Below, in pieces: positions 50,662 through 59,416 of a DNA stretch of 59,518 bases (within the stretch, counting starts at the first letter, position 1; each line of letters begins with the position of its first letter). This stretch comes from Methanobacteriota archaeon (lineage in GTDB: Archaea > Thermoplasmatota > Poseidoniia > Poseidoniales > Poseidoniaceae), in NCBI GenBank assembly GCA_018691345.1, contig JABGTJ010000062.1, positions 1 to 59,518 of the forward strand, written 5' to 3'. Both the position numbers and the translations under genes were made by a program. The notes beneath the pieces were generated by a model. The model was not told the origin of the DNA, made no database searches, and saw only the letters and a program-made list of their open reading frames with translations.

Positions 50662-51819
50662 TCACTCGAGAACTGGACGGGAAGTCTTCCCTGAGCCTCG
50701 ATGACCGAGCAGCCGTATTGCTTCCCATGGAGGCGACGCATCGCTTGAACGCTCAAGAATGGCTGCGGTTGATTCGCCCCACTGCCATTTATCCTTCCAC
50801 ATTTCGATGAGTTCGGTTTTACGTTGAACATCGCATTCTGACCAAGGGGTAACATTTGATTGAAGTTCTTTCAAAATGTCAAGGTGATTCGATTCGGTTG
50901 CTGAATGGAGAAGTTCACTTTGCTGGGCATCAAGTGGTTTTGTTGCTGGTTGAGTCCACCTCAAGTGCCCCGAAGGCAGCCAAGTAATACTGGGGTCTGA
51001 AAAATCTGTAAGCCCTGTCAAACCGGCATTGAGTATGTCGTATTCGGTATCGAGGTTTGCAGGCCAGACGTAGATTGGGTATCCACGCTGATGAGCATTC
51101 ACGCGCCGTGCTCGGTCGCCTTTCAAGCTGCCTGTTCGACCAAATGTGAGCCAATTATTTGGAGGCAAGAAATATTCGACGGCGCAAGGAGCCATGGCAG
51201 CGCCAGCAACTTTGTTTGAGTGAATCAATCGAGCGATTGGTGTGCTCAAAAACTGTAAAGTGCCTCGCATTCTTTTGGTGTAATACGTCCCGAATGGAGG
51301 TATGTAGGGCGTCAGATTCGCCCAAGGACGTTTTGTATTTGCCATCTTGGCTGAAGATTCCATTCCAGTGTGGAATGCGTAGTAGACGGCGTTTTCATGA
51401 GGAATCTCATACTCATCGAGCAAGACTTCGGTTTTTGAAATCATATCACTCATATGTGAGATATGTTGCTTTTTGCCAAAAATACCGCCGCCGTAGAGAG
51501 CACGAGGGTGTGGACGTTTGAATTCGACGCATCCCATTTTGCCCTTATCGCGCCACTCCGAGTGTATCACTGGGTCCTCAAGCATAGCCTTGAACGAGAG
51601 AAAACCCAACGATGTTAACTCTTCAAGCGTGTGGTTTTCAGTCCATTTTACCGAACGTGGATGTTTTGAAACTGGCACTGAAAGGTTGGCATCGTGGTGC
51701 AGAACAAGTTGTTTGTCCCTAGTCAATCGCAGGTCAAACTCGATTCCGTCGTTGACTTGAATGGCGTGCCGAAGACTCTCCAACGTGTTTTCAGGTGCTT
51801 GGTTCCATTTTTGCACCAT
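50662..51819 (-). CDS. Glycerophosphodiester phosphodiesterase family protein (circularly permuted)
   Basis: APENTL, GIEFDLR, LVLHHD, VEFK; the GHRG motif lies at the C-terminus. Confidence 0.85.
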   Translation of the reverse strand: MVQKWNQAPENTLESLRHAIQVNDGIEFDLRLTRDKQLVLHHDANLSVPVSKHPRSVKWTENHTLEELTSLGFLSFKAMLEDPVIHSEWRDKGKMGCVEFKRPHPRALYGGGIFGKKQHISHMSDMISKTEVLLDEYEIPHENAVYYAFHTGMESSAKMANTKRPWANLTPYIPPFGTYYTKRMRGTLQFLSTPIARLIHSNKVAGAAMAPCAVEYFLPPNNWLTFGRTGSLKGDRARRVNAHQRGYPIYVWPANLDTEYDILNAGLTGLTDFSDPSITWLPSGHLRWTQPATKPLDAQQSELLHSATESNHLDILKELQSNVTPWSECDVQRKTELIEMWKDKWQWGESTAAILERSSDASPPWEAIRLLGHRGSGKTSRPVLE

Positions 51820-51946
51820 GTTACATCCACCAAGAACTCCTTTCTAAGAGTAATGATTCGATGTTGCTCGTTCGAGGGGGTGCGTAAGTCACTTTCCGAG
51901 TCATGTTCGTCATAATACCTATATCAAATCCCACAGCCCGTCAAAC

Positions 51947-53380
51947 ATGGACCCCTATGGAATCATGATGGGGCTCATCTTGGTGTTAACCCCAATCATT
52001 TGTGTGGCATTCACTGCCCACAGACCATCAATGCGCATTCCAATGAAGCGTTGGTTGCAGGTATTTCACGATCAACGGTACTACCTTCACGCAATGGGAT
52101 ATATTGTCATCATCAAGTGGAAATCAATTACTGACGCCCTCAACGAACCGATTAAATTGCGCACAGGACATTGGACTGAAGCGGTATATTCGCTCGAAGG
52201 GAATTTTACACAGCATGTTCAAGAGTTCTTCCTCAACGACACCCTTACTTCATTCCTCAACTTCCATTACCTGTTCATTTACCTGTTCTTGATTTATGTC
52301 ACGACCGTGTACTTCGCCTACACAGGAGATCGGGATATGACGGACAAAGTGGCCCTGAATTACTTGTTAATTTACGCGCTGGCCGTACCTTATTACTTGT
52401 TTTTCAATGTTGAAGTCACATCCTCCTGGATACCTGGAATGGAATCACTGCTTTACCACGAAGGATGGTACAGCGTATTCTATGCCACTCACGACCCACT
52501 CGACAACGCTGTTCCGTCTTTGCATGTCGCTATACCGTTCGGAATTCTACTGCTCAATTATCTCCATGTGCGAGAAAACGGAGGAACACTTCGAGAATGG
52601 CGACATTACCGATACCACATGTTTGTATTATTGAACACGGCGTTGTTTATTTTCACAATTCTCTACCTCGGCATCCATTGGTTCATCGATATACCACTAG
52701 GACTGTTAATCGGCGGTGTAGGAGCATTGTTCATCCACCACCTCCAACCAAGATTGCGCAACGATTACGGTAGTTTCTTCAAAGGATTTACCAGCAAAAA
52801 GATTCGTCAACACCTCCTCGTTGAGGGCGTCGTCGCATTGTTGCTACTCACTACGATTCTCATGGCCGTTCAGTACCAAGAGTCGCACGTCGATGAACGC
52901 ATATCCTACCAACTCGGACCTGATGATTCACGGTTTGAGATCATACAGAAGTTTGAACCTGGCATGAATGTTCACTCCAACATTTCGAATCTCGATGATT
53001 CCATCACCATGGAGGTGGTAGTCCTCATGGTCGACCTTGCACCTCCTGCGATGGAGAACGGCTCGATTGATTGGAGCATTGTGAAAAGTATTGGAGAGGT
53101 TCAGTATGTCTCACCGCAGTCGACGCTGGAAGTGGTCATTGATTCCCCTATGGTGTTTCATTACATCATGATGCATAATCCGAGTCAAAACTCATCCGGT
53201 GATGTCATTCAAGTTCGCGTGTTGAACGACTATCATCAGGACTTGATGGGCCAAGCAATTGCTCTTTCACTGGCATCGCTTTGGATGACTGGTTTTGTCA
53301 TCAACCGCATCCGGCGGCTCAAAAAGTACAACAGGAAATTTTACGACTCAACACCATCCCATCTCTGGGAACAAGAATGA
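51947..53380 (+). CDS. PAP2/AUR1-like membrane phosphatase/phosphotransferase with a C-terminal extracellular domain
   Basis: NAVPSLHVA, YLGIHWFIDI; multiple TM helices. Confidence 0.82.
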   Translation: MDPYGIMMGLILVLTPIICVAFTAHRPSMRIPMKRWLQVFHDQRYYLHAMGYIVIIKWKSITDALNEPIKLRTGHWTEAVYSLEGNFTQHVQEFFLNDTLTSFLNFHYLFIYLFLIYVTTVYFAYTGDRDMTDKVALNYLLIYALAVPYYLFFNVEVTSSWIPGMESLLYHEGWYSVFYATHDPLDNAVPSLHVAIPFGILLLNYLHVRENGGTLREWRHYRYHMFVLLNTALFIFTILYLGIHWFIDIPLGLLIGGVGALFIHHLQPRLRNDYGSFFKGFTSKKIRQHLLVEGVVALLLLTTILMAVQYQESHVDERISYQLGPDDSRFEIIQKFEPGMNVHSNISNLDDSITMEVVVLMVDLAPPAMENGSIDWSIVKSIGEVQYVSPQSTLEVVIDSPMVFHYIMMHNPSQNSSGDVIQVRVLNDYHQDLMGQAIALSLASLWMTGFVINRIRRLKKYNRKFYDSTPSHLWEQE

Positions 53381-53428
53381 CATTCACGATGAGTGTGTGT
53401 TATGAGGGTCAGCCTCGTCCTCACAACA

Positions 53429-54238
53429 ATGGCAGGAGCCGAGCGATTGGTCAGTGCAGTGGATGAACTGCTTGATTCACCAGGCGGCGAAATGCTCTCC
53501 GAATTCCGCACCCATCTGCGGTCAAGGGTGAAACTGCTGGCAACAGTGTTCGCAATTGGCTTTGTTGCTACGTTCCCACTCACTCGAACCTTCATTGCAT
53601 GGTTAATTGAACCTCAGCGGCTTCCAAGCGATGTCGAAATTATTGTGATTACGCCTGTCGAGTTCATTTTACTTCAAGTGAGATTAGCTGCCCATGTAGG
53701 ACTCATGTGCATGGTGGTTGTGTTCCTTTCAGAAGGAAGCTGGAAAGCGAGCAAACATTTTGCAGTTCGTCAACGGCTTGCTGAACTTGATTTCAAAACA
53801 CCTCGCCCGAGCATGACCATGGTCTTGACGTTTGTGTCCGCCCTCACGTTGATGGCTGCTGGCATCTATTATTCGTGGAATTGGCTTACACCGATGTTGC
53901 TTGAATACCTCACAACCGATGCACAAAGTGCGGGCCTTTCTACAGAATGGAGATTGACCAGTTACATTGGATTCATTGCGAATTTAGCGCTCGCTTCTGC
54001 TGTCGGATTTCAAGCGCCACTTGTCACACTCACCGTGCTACGACTTGAATTGGTTCGTCGATCTACCGTTCGTTCCTATCGACGCCACATTTGGTTCAGT
54101 GCATTCATCCTTGGAGCCTTTTTATCTCCACCTGACCCGCTTTCACTGTTCCTTGTAGCGATGCCTGTAGTGATTCTTTTCGAAATTGCCTTCGTCATTG
54201 ATGCAATCACTCGAGAAGAAGTTTTGCCATCGGATTGA
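53429..54238 (+). CDS. tatC: Twin-arginine translocase subunit TatC
   Basis: LRSR, ITPVEF, GFQAPL, RRH....FILGAFLSPPDPLSL.LVAMP..LFE. Confidence 0.88.
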   Translation: MAGAERLVSAVDELLDSPGGEMLSEFRTHLRSRVKLLATVFAIGFVATFPLTRTFIAWLIEPQRLPSDVEIIVITPVEFILLQVRLAAHVGLMCMVVVFLSEGSWKASKHFAVRQRLAELDFKTPRPSMTMVLTFVSALTLMAAGIYYSWNWLTPMLLEYLTTDAQSAGLSTEWRLTSYIGFIANLALASAVGFQAPLVTLTVLRLELVRRSTVRSYRRHIWFSAFILGAFLSPPDPLSLFLVAMPVVILFEIAFVIDAITREEVLPSD

Positions 54239-55106
54239 GTGCTGCAGGGAGTGTCGATAACGGCACAGCCATACTCCCCGGAGATTGGTTATACATTCGA
54301 CCATGGAAATCGGAGCCACATGTCACGCCAAGTCCGGCATTCTTGGCGGCTGACCAAAGTTCATGCCGATAAGTATCAGCATGGCTTCGATGGAAGCATT
54401 CGATAGCATCAACGCCTGCATCAAGGCAGAATTGGATAAGGTCTGTAGTATCAATGCAATAGTAAAGTGGATGAGCAAGGGAGGTGAATCCTCCAGCCTC
54501 ATGTACCGCCTTGCATGCCTCAGCAATACTCGGTTTAGGGCGGGTGATGTGGACGGGTTTACCGTCTCCAATCCATTCGTCAAACGCCTGTTGTCGCGTT
54601 TCAACGTAACCGGCTGCGATCATTTCATCTGCCAAGTGTGGTCGGCCAACAGAATCTCCTGCACGGGCTACAACAGCGTCAAAATCAATGGGCATCCCAA
54701 GTTCTTCGAGCCGTTGTACCATCGTTTTCATACGCGGAATTCGACCTTGTCCTAACGGCGCCAGCCATGCTTCGAAACCGAGGTGTTCATGGCTGGAAAA
54801 TTCAATACTCGGGAAATACGCCAAGAGGTGCCATGAGTCAGAAGCACGGTCACGTTGCCTTGCCTCCATGATTGCAGCATTTGCTCCAAGACCGGGCATA
54901 CAGGTAATCTCAACACCTGGAATGAACCCCAACCCTTCTGATTCAGCAGCCTGTTTTGCTGAACTCCATCCCGAAATGGTGTCGTGGTCCGTTAATGACC
55001 AAAACCGAACCTTCGATTCAGCCATCATTTTCGCCACATCTGCGACAGGATGCTCACCATCGCTGTTGGTCGAATGGCTGTGAAGGTCAAACGCTTCGGT
55101 CCACAT
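54207..55106 (-). CDS. PHP-domain metal-dependent phosphoesterase
   Basis: DLHSHSTNSDG, LTDHDT, IPGVEI, HLLAY, GRPHLA, LAHP, GSDFHG; start trimmed to ATG 55106. Confidence 0.92.
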   Translation of the reverse strand: MWTEAFDLHSHSTNSDGEHPVADVAKMMAESKVRFWSLTDHDTISGWSSAKQAAESEGLGFIPGVEITCMPGLGANAAIMEARQRDRASDSWHLLAYFPSIEFSSHEHLGFEAWLAPLGQGRIPRMKTMVQRLEELGMPIDFDAVVARAGDSVGRPHLADEMIAAGYVETRQQAFDEWIGDGKPVHITRPKPSIAEACKAVHEAGGFTSLAHPLYYCIDTTDLIQFCLDAGVDAIECFHRSHADTYRHELWSAAKNAGLGVTCGSDFHGRMYNQSPGSMAVPLSTLPAALNPMAKLLLE

Positions 55107-55149
55107 GTAACAACCCAATCGCTCAACCTCTATTGAACTATGGAGCGGC

Positions 55150-55998
55150 CTAAAACAAGTCGTCGAGGCTCGGTAGGTTCGGAAGAGATGGGGTGCTGGG
55201 TCGTTCTGGAAGAGGTGATGGGGTTTGCGTAGGGGGTGCCTCAAACAAATCCTCGAGATTGGGCATAGTCGGTAAGTGATCAATGAGCAATTGAGATTCA
55301 GCGGGTTCAGCAGGTAGTTCGGCTTGAGGTGCCGGTTCAACAAGTTGTGTTGGTAGAGCGACCCGTGCCACGCCTTCAGTTTGGAAATCGCCAGTCGACG
55401 TCTGCCATGGGAGTTCAGGAGACGATTCCGCATTCACTTGCCCTGGGAGTGGAATGCTTTGTACTTGCAATCGGTCAAGGGCGTCTTCGGTAGAACGAGA
55501 TGATTTGAACACTTCTCGGTCTTGCTGAGTGTGGCGGTGTGGTGCTGGATTCATCTCAACGTGCTGTTTTCCAACAGAATCCATCCCGGTGGATAACGTT
55601 GCAAAAGCATCGGCTACATTCGCTGGTTGTAAATCATTTGAATCTCCAAGAATGGATGCAACGACGGTTTGCGATTGCGAAGGCTCAGTGTGCTTCGTTT
55701 CAAATCCAGAAGATTCAACATTCGTAGACGAAGGACGGTACTGAGTTGGCATGGATTCAATGGCTGAAAATTGCTCTTCCAGTGTCGGTACGGATAACAT
55801 TTCCATTTGTTCTCGTTCCCTCGAGGCAAAGAAGGAAACAACAAAAAGAAAACCTGAAACGGAAATCATCGCTATTTCTTCGGTGCCAAATCCATCAACA
55901 TAGCCGAGTTTGAGAACAAAACTAACAATGGCGCATACCGCTGCAATCAATCCCAAGACGAGCGATGCTGTTGCAAGGCGTGGTGCTTTGGGGTCCAT
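55150..55998 (-). CDS. Hypothetical protein (2 TM helices plus a long Pro/Ser/Gln-rich disordered tail)
   Basis: Hydrophobic N-terminal hairpin; tail ends with MPNLEDLF and LPSLDDLF; start trimmed to ATG 55998. Confidence 0.7.
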   Translation of the reverse strand: MDPKAPRLATASLVLGLIAAVCAIVSFVLKLGYVDGFGTEEIAMISVSGFLFVVSFFASREREQMEMLSVPTLEEQFSAIESMPTQYRPSSTNVESSGFETKHTEPSQSQTVVASILGDSNDLQPANVADAFATLSTGMDSVGKQHVEMNPAPHRHTQQDREVFKSSRSTEDALDRLQVQSIPLPGQVNAESSPELPWQTSTGDFQTEGVARVALPTQLVEPAPQAELPAEPAESQLLIDHLPTMPNLEDLFEAPPTQTPSPLPERPSTPSLPNLPSLDDLF

Positions 55999-56032
55999 AC
56001 GCGCTGCTGCCGTTGCCAACCTATGAGCGTTG

Positions 56033-56911
56033 TCAAGCAGAAAGCGAAAGTTCTGCAGCACGCACTGTATTTTCCATTAACATGGCGATGGTCATTGGTC
56101 CAACTCCACCGGGCACCGGTGAAAGCCATGCAGCCTTTTGAGCTACATCGGGGTGAACATCTCCCGCAAGCCGCCATCCACGTTCTCGGGTATCATCTTC
56201 AACGCGGTTAATTCCAACATCAACCACAACTGCACCTTCCTTGACCCAGTCTGTTGTCACCATTTCCGGACTACCTACAGCAGCGATAATGATGTCTGCA
56301 TTTGCGCAAAGAGCTTGGGTATCCTTGGTTCTCGAATGGGCCACTGTGACGGTAGAATCAACACCTTTCGCACTGAGAAGTAACGATTGCGGCATCCCAA
56401 CAATTCTCGAGCGACCCAGAACTACAGCGGTTCTACCCTTCGTTTCAATCCCAGCCCACGACAACATTCGCATGACGCCACTTGGAGTGCATGGTAACAT
56501 CCCATCCATTCGACCTTGGACCAAACGGCCTAAGTTTTGTGGGTGAAAACCATCGACGTCCTTTGATGGGTCAATAAGGTCTGTGAGTCCTTCCTCGTCC
56601 ATGTGATTCGGAAGAGGTGATTGAACAAGTATCCCATGCAGACCATCTTGATTGTTGAGTTCTTCAATGGTTTGACGGACTTCTTCTTCAGTAGCGTTTG
56701 CTGGTAATTCAATGTGAGTACTGCGAATACCAAGTCGCTCACAGGCTCGGACTTTCGAGCCAACATAGACATGGCTCGCTGGATCATCGCCAACAATCAC
56801 GACAGCAAGATGGGGCTGGGTCTTCTTGTCTAAGCATGCTGCAATCCGCGTCAAGAGTTCTAGTTCGACCTTCGCAGCGCAAGCCTTTCCGTCCAGTCGC
56901 TGTGCCACCAT
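56033..56911 (-). CDS. folD: Methylenetetrahydrofolate dehydrogenase/cyclohydrolase
   Basis: VGDDPASHVYV..K, KDVDGFHP, PCTP, GRSRIVG.P, DVGINR, PVPGGVGPMT. Confidence 0.97.
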   Translation of the reverse strand: MVAQRLDGKACAAKVELELLTRIAACLDKKTQPHLAVVIVGDDPASHVYVGSKVRACERLGIRSTHIELPANATEEEVRQTIEELNNQDGLHGILVQSPLPNHMDEEGLTDLIDPSKDVDGFHPQNLGRLVQGRMDGMLPCTPSGVMRMLSWAGIETKGRTAVVLGRSRIVGMPQSLLLSAKGVDSTVTVAHSRTKDTQALCANADIIIAAVGSPEMVTTDWVKEGAVVVDVGINRVEDDTRERGWRLAGDVHPDVAQKAAWLSPVPGGVGPMTIAMLMENTVRAAELSLSA

Positions 56912-56947
56912 AGCACTCCCAAAGAATCCTTGACTTTGAGGATTCGC

Positions 56948-57400
56948 TTACAAGAGCCCTCCGCCGGGTTCATGTTCAGAACCAGCAGCAGTCGCAAATA
57001 ACCGTTCTTCATCCTTGAACGATTTGAATTCAATAGCGTTACCAGACGGGTCGTTCAAGAACAGCGTCGCCTGTTCCCCAACCTTCCCAGGATAACGAAT
57101 ATGAGGTTTGAGTCGAAACTCAATCTCCTTTGCAAGCAGTTCGTCTCGGAAAGAATGCCACTGCGCATACTCCATTACCAATCCAAAATGAAACGGTGGG
57201 ACTTGCCTACCGTCAACGCGCCCATCGTCGGTATAATCCGGCATCTTCTGAACCAAATGACAAACGATTTGATGCCCATGGAAATTGAAATTGATGGTAT
57301 GCGAAGTTCGTCGACCAACGGTGCACTCAAGGACATCGACATAGAATCGTTCGGTCAGGTCTAAATCCACAACGGGAAAAGCAAGATGAAACGGACGCAT
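56948..57400 (-). CDS. VOC family glyoxalase/dioxygenase-like protein
   Basis: PFHLAFPV.DL, FHGHQIVCH, HFGLV, GEQATLF..DPSGNAIEFK. Confidence 0.9.
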   Translation of the reverse strand: MRPFHLAFPVVDLDLTERFYVDVLECTVGRRTSHTINFNFHGHQIVCHLVQKMPDYTDDGRVDGRQVPPFHFGLVMEYAQWHSFRDELLAKEIEFRLKPHIRYPGKVGEQATLFLNDPSGNAIEFKSFKDEERLFATAAGSEHEPGGGLL

Positions 57401-57455
57401 GGGAATCCGACTGAATGGAGGTTTATCGGATTTTTCACTTACAGTGAATGTTAGG

Positions 57456-57528
57456 AGCCTGCGGAGGGACTCGAACCCCCGGCCTTCGGATTACAAATCC
57501 GATGCACTACCAGCTATGCTACACAGGC
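57456..57528 (-). tRNA. tRNA-Thr (TGT)
   Basis: GCCTGTG/CGCAGGC acceptor stem, U discriminator, TCGGA-TTTGTAA-TCCGA anticodon arm, GGTTCGAGTCC T-arm; no intron. Confidence 0.95.
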
Positions 57529-57660
57529 GACAAACTGCCCGAGACACTTACCCTTGATGAATGAAACGGAGAGAACAACAAGAAAACGATATGGATTCTA
57601 AGCATTTCTTTGAACCAGAGGAAGGGGCAAGTCAAAGAACACGCCCGTATTCGGAGAGGC

Positions 57661-58947
57661 ATGAACCACGATGCCGGTGCAGGATTACTCAACCCCTACT
57701 CCCAATCCAAGGTTGGTAACGACACCATCTTTGGTTGGTGGGCTCGATACCAAGAAGCCGTCAAAAACGGTGCTGACGCCGTAAACGGGACCATTGGAGC
57801 GCTGCTTGAGGATGACGGTACACTTGCGATCAACAAAGTGGTTGATGAAGCGGTTCGCGCAGCACCTCCCGTCGAAATAGCCGCATATGCACCGTTGAAG
57901 GGACTTCCAGCCTTCCTCGACCTTGCCAAAACTCTCGCACTTGGTGAGCACCGTGACGCAATGGATGAATGCGGCATCTCAATGACCGCAACCGCAACGC
58001 CTGGCGGCTCAGGTGCGCTGTTCCTTGCGGCAGCCAATTTCGCTAACCGTGGCGACAAAGTTCTCCTCCGTGACCGACACTGGGGGCCATACAAGGGATT
58101 CCTGTCGGGGTGTGACTTGGGCTCAGAAATCTATGCGCTGTTACCGGAAAACGATGAATCACCGTACCCTTTTGTTGATATTGAAGACTTCAAGTCTAAA
58201 CTTGCCTCACTCTGCTCAACCCAAGACAAAGTCATGATTTGGCTCAACGACCCAGCACACAACCCAACAGGACTTTCTCTAACGCCTGCAGGACGAATGG
58301 CCGTGCTTGAAGCGGTCATGGAAAGTGCATCAGCCAATGAAAACGTAGGCCACACCTTGCTCTTGGATTCTGCGTACCACCTGTATGCTGAAGAACCTCA
58401 TGGATGGAGCCAAACCATCGTTGAATCCATCGATGAAGGCTGGCCGTGGACTGAAAACTTCCTCATCACCTTTGCTCTGTCGCTCTCGAAATCTCACACC
58501 ATCTATGGCCTACGAACTGGCGCTCTAGTCAGCATTCATCCCGACCCAGAAGTTACTGAGAAAATTGATACGGTGATGGGAGTTACTGGACGACAAACGT
58601 GGTCAGCAGCACCTCGAGTAGCACAATACGCCGTTAGCGAAATGCATGCATCCAGCGAGGGCGGTGAAGCATGGGGACTTGAACGGGACCGCTTACAGTC
58701 ACTCCTGGTGAACCGCAGAAACCTGTTCAAAGAATCATGTGAAAAACTGGGCGTACCGTTGAATCCAACGCACGACGGTTTCTTTGCGTGGTTGGAACAC
58801 GATGAGCCACAGAAGATTGCTGAAGCCTGTGCAGAGCAAGAGGTCTACCTCGTACCGCTTACTGGTGGAGTTCGCATCGGTTTATGTGCAGTTCCTTTGG
58901 AACATATTCCTCGCGTCGCTGAAGCACTTGCACACGCTCTCAAGTGA
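57661..58947 (+). CDS. Class I/II aminotransferase (aspartate/aromatic type)
   Basis: VNGTIG, TPGGSGAL, NDPAHNPTG, DSAY, SLSKSHTIYGLRTG; start ATG 57661 after GGAGAGG. Confidence 0.9.
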   Translation: MNHDAGAGLLNPYSQSKVGNDTIFGWWARYQEAVKNGADAVNGTIGALLEDDGTLAINKVVDEAVRAAPPVEIAAYAPLKGLPAFLDLAKTLALGEHRDAMDECGISMTATATPGGSGALFLAAANFANRGDKVLLRDRHWGPYKGFLSGCDLGSEIYALLPENDESPYPFVDIEDFKSKLASLCSTQDKVMIWLNDPAHNPTGLSLTPAGRMAVLEAVMESASANENVGHTLLLDSAYHLYAEEPHGWSQTIVESIDEGWPWTENFLITFALSLSKSHTIYGLRTGALVSIHPDPEVTEKIDTVMGVTGRQTWSAAPRVAQYAVSEMHASSEGGEAWGLERDRLQSLLVNRRNLFKESCEKLGVPLNPTHDGFFAWLEHDEPQKIAEACAEQEVYLVPLTGGVRIGLCAVPLEHIPRVAEALAHALK

Positions 58948-58956
58948 GGAATCACG

Positions 58957-59331
58957 ATGCCCGGAACGAGAGAGAATTTCCTTATTGCGGGCGCAATTTG
59001 CATCGTAGCCGGGGCATTTTTTACCGTTGCCAACATTATGTCCATTGCAGGTACAATTGGAATAAGTGGCATCGTTTTGTTCGTACTTGGTATGTCAATT
59101 CGCACTGAAAAGGGAATGTCCGATGAAGAAATTTCCAATTGGAAACCGGACTCGGCACAACTTCCTGATGCTGGACGTGTCATGTACAGAGTGGACATCA
59201 CGCTTGATGAGCCGAAGCAGTGCACCGTTATGTGTGGACCATGCGGGCACATCGAGTTACTCGACGGTGACCGGCCAAGTCACTTTACCTGCCCAGCATG
59301 TGCTGTTTCCCTGTGGGAAGAAGAAGAGTGA
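58957..59331 (+). CDS. Small membrane protein with C-terminal zinc ribbon
   Basis: 2 TM helices, then CGPCG...CPAC; GAGGA SD. Confidence 0.75.
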   Translation: MPGTRENFLIAGAICIVAGAFFTVANIMSIAGTIGISGIVLFVLGMSIRTEKGMSDEEISNWKPDSAQLPDAGRVMYRVDITLDEPKQCTVMCGPCGHIELLDGDRPSHFTCPACAVSLWEEEE

Positions 59332-59416
59332 GCGGCAAAAAAGCGTAGGTACAAAAGCCCACAAAAAGACCTCGGGGCTCCACAGAATTGAAGGGCATGA
59401 ATTGACACGACGCATC

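Noticed and set aside
56948-57528. Genomic island at tRNA-Thr
   Set aside because: No att-like direct repeat or mobility gene found; only one possibly foreign gene
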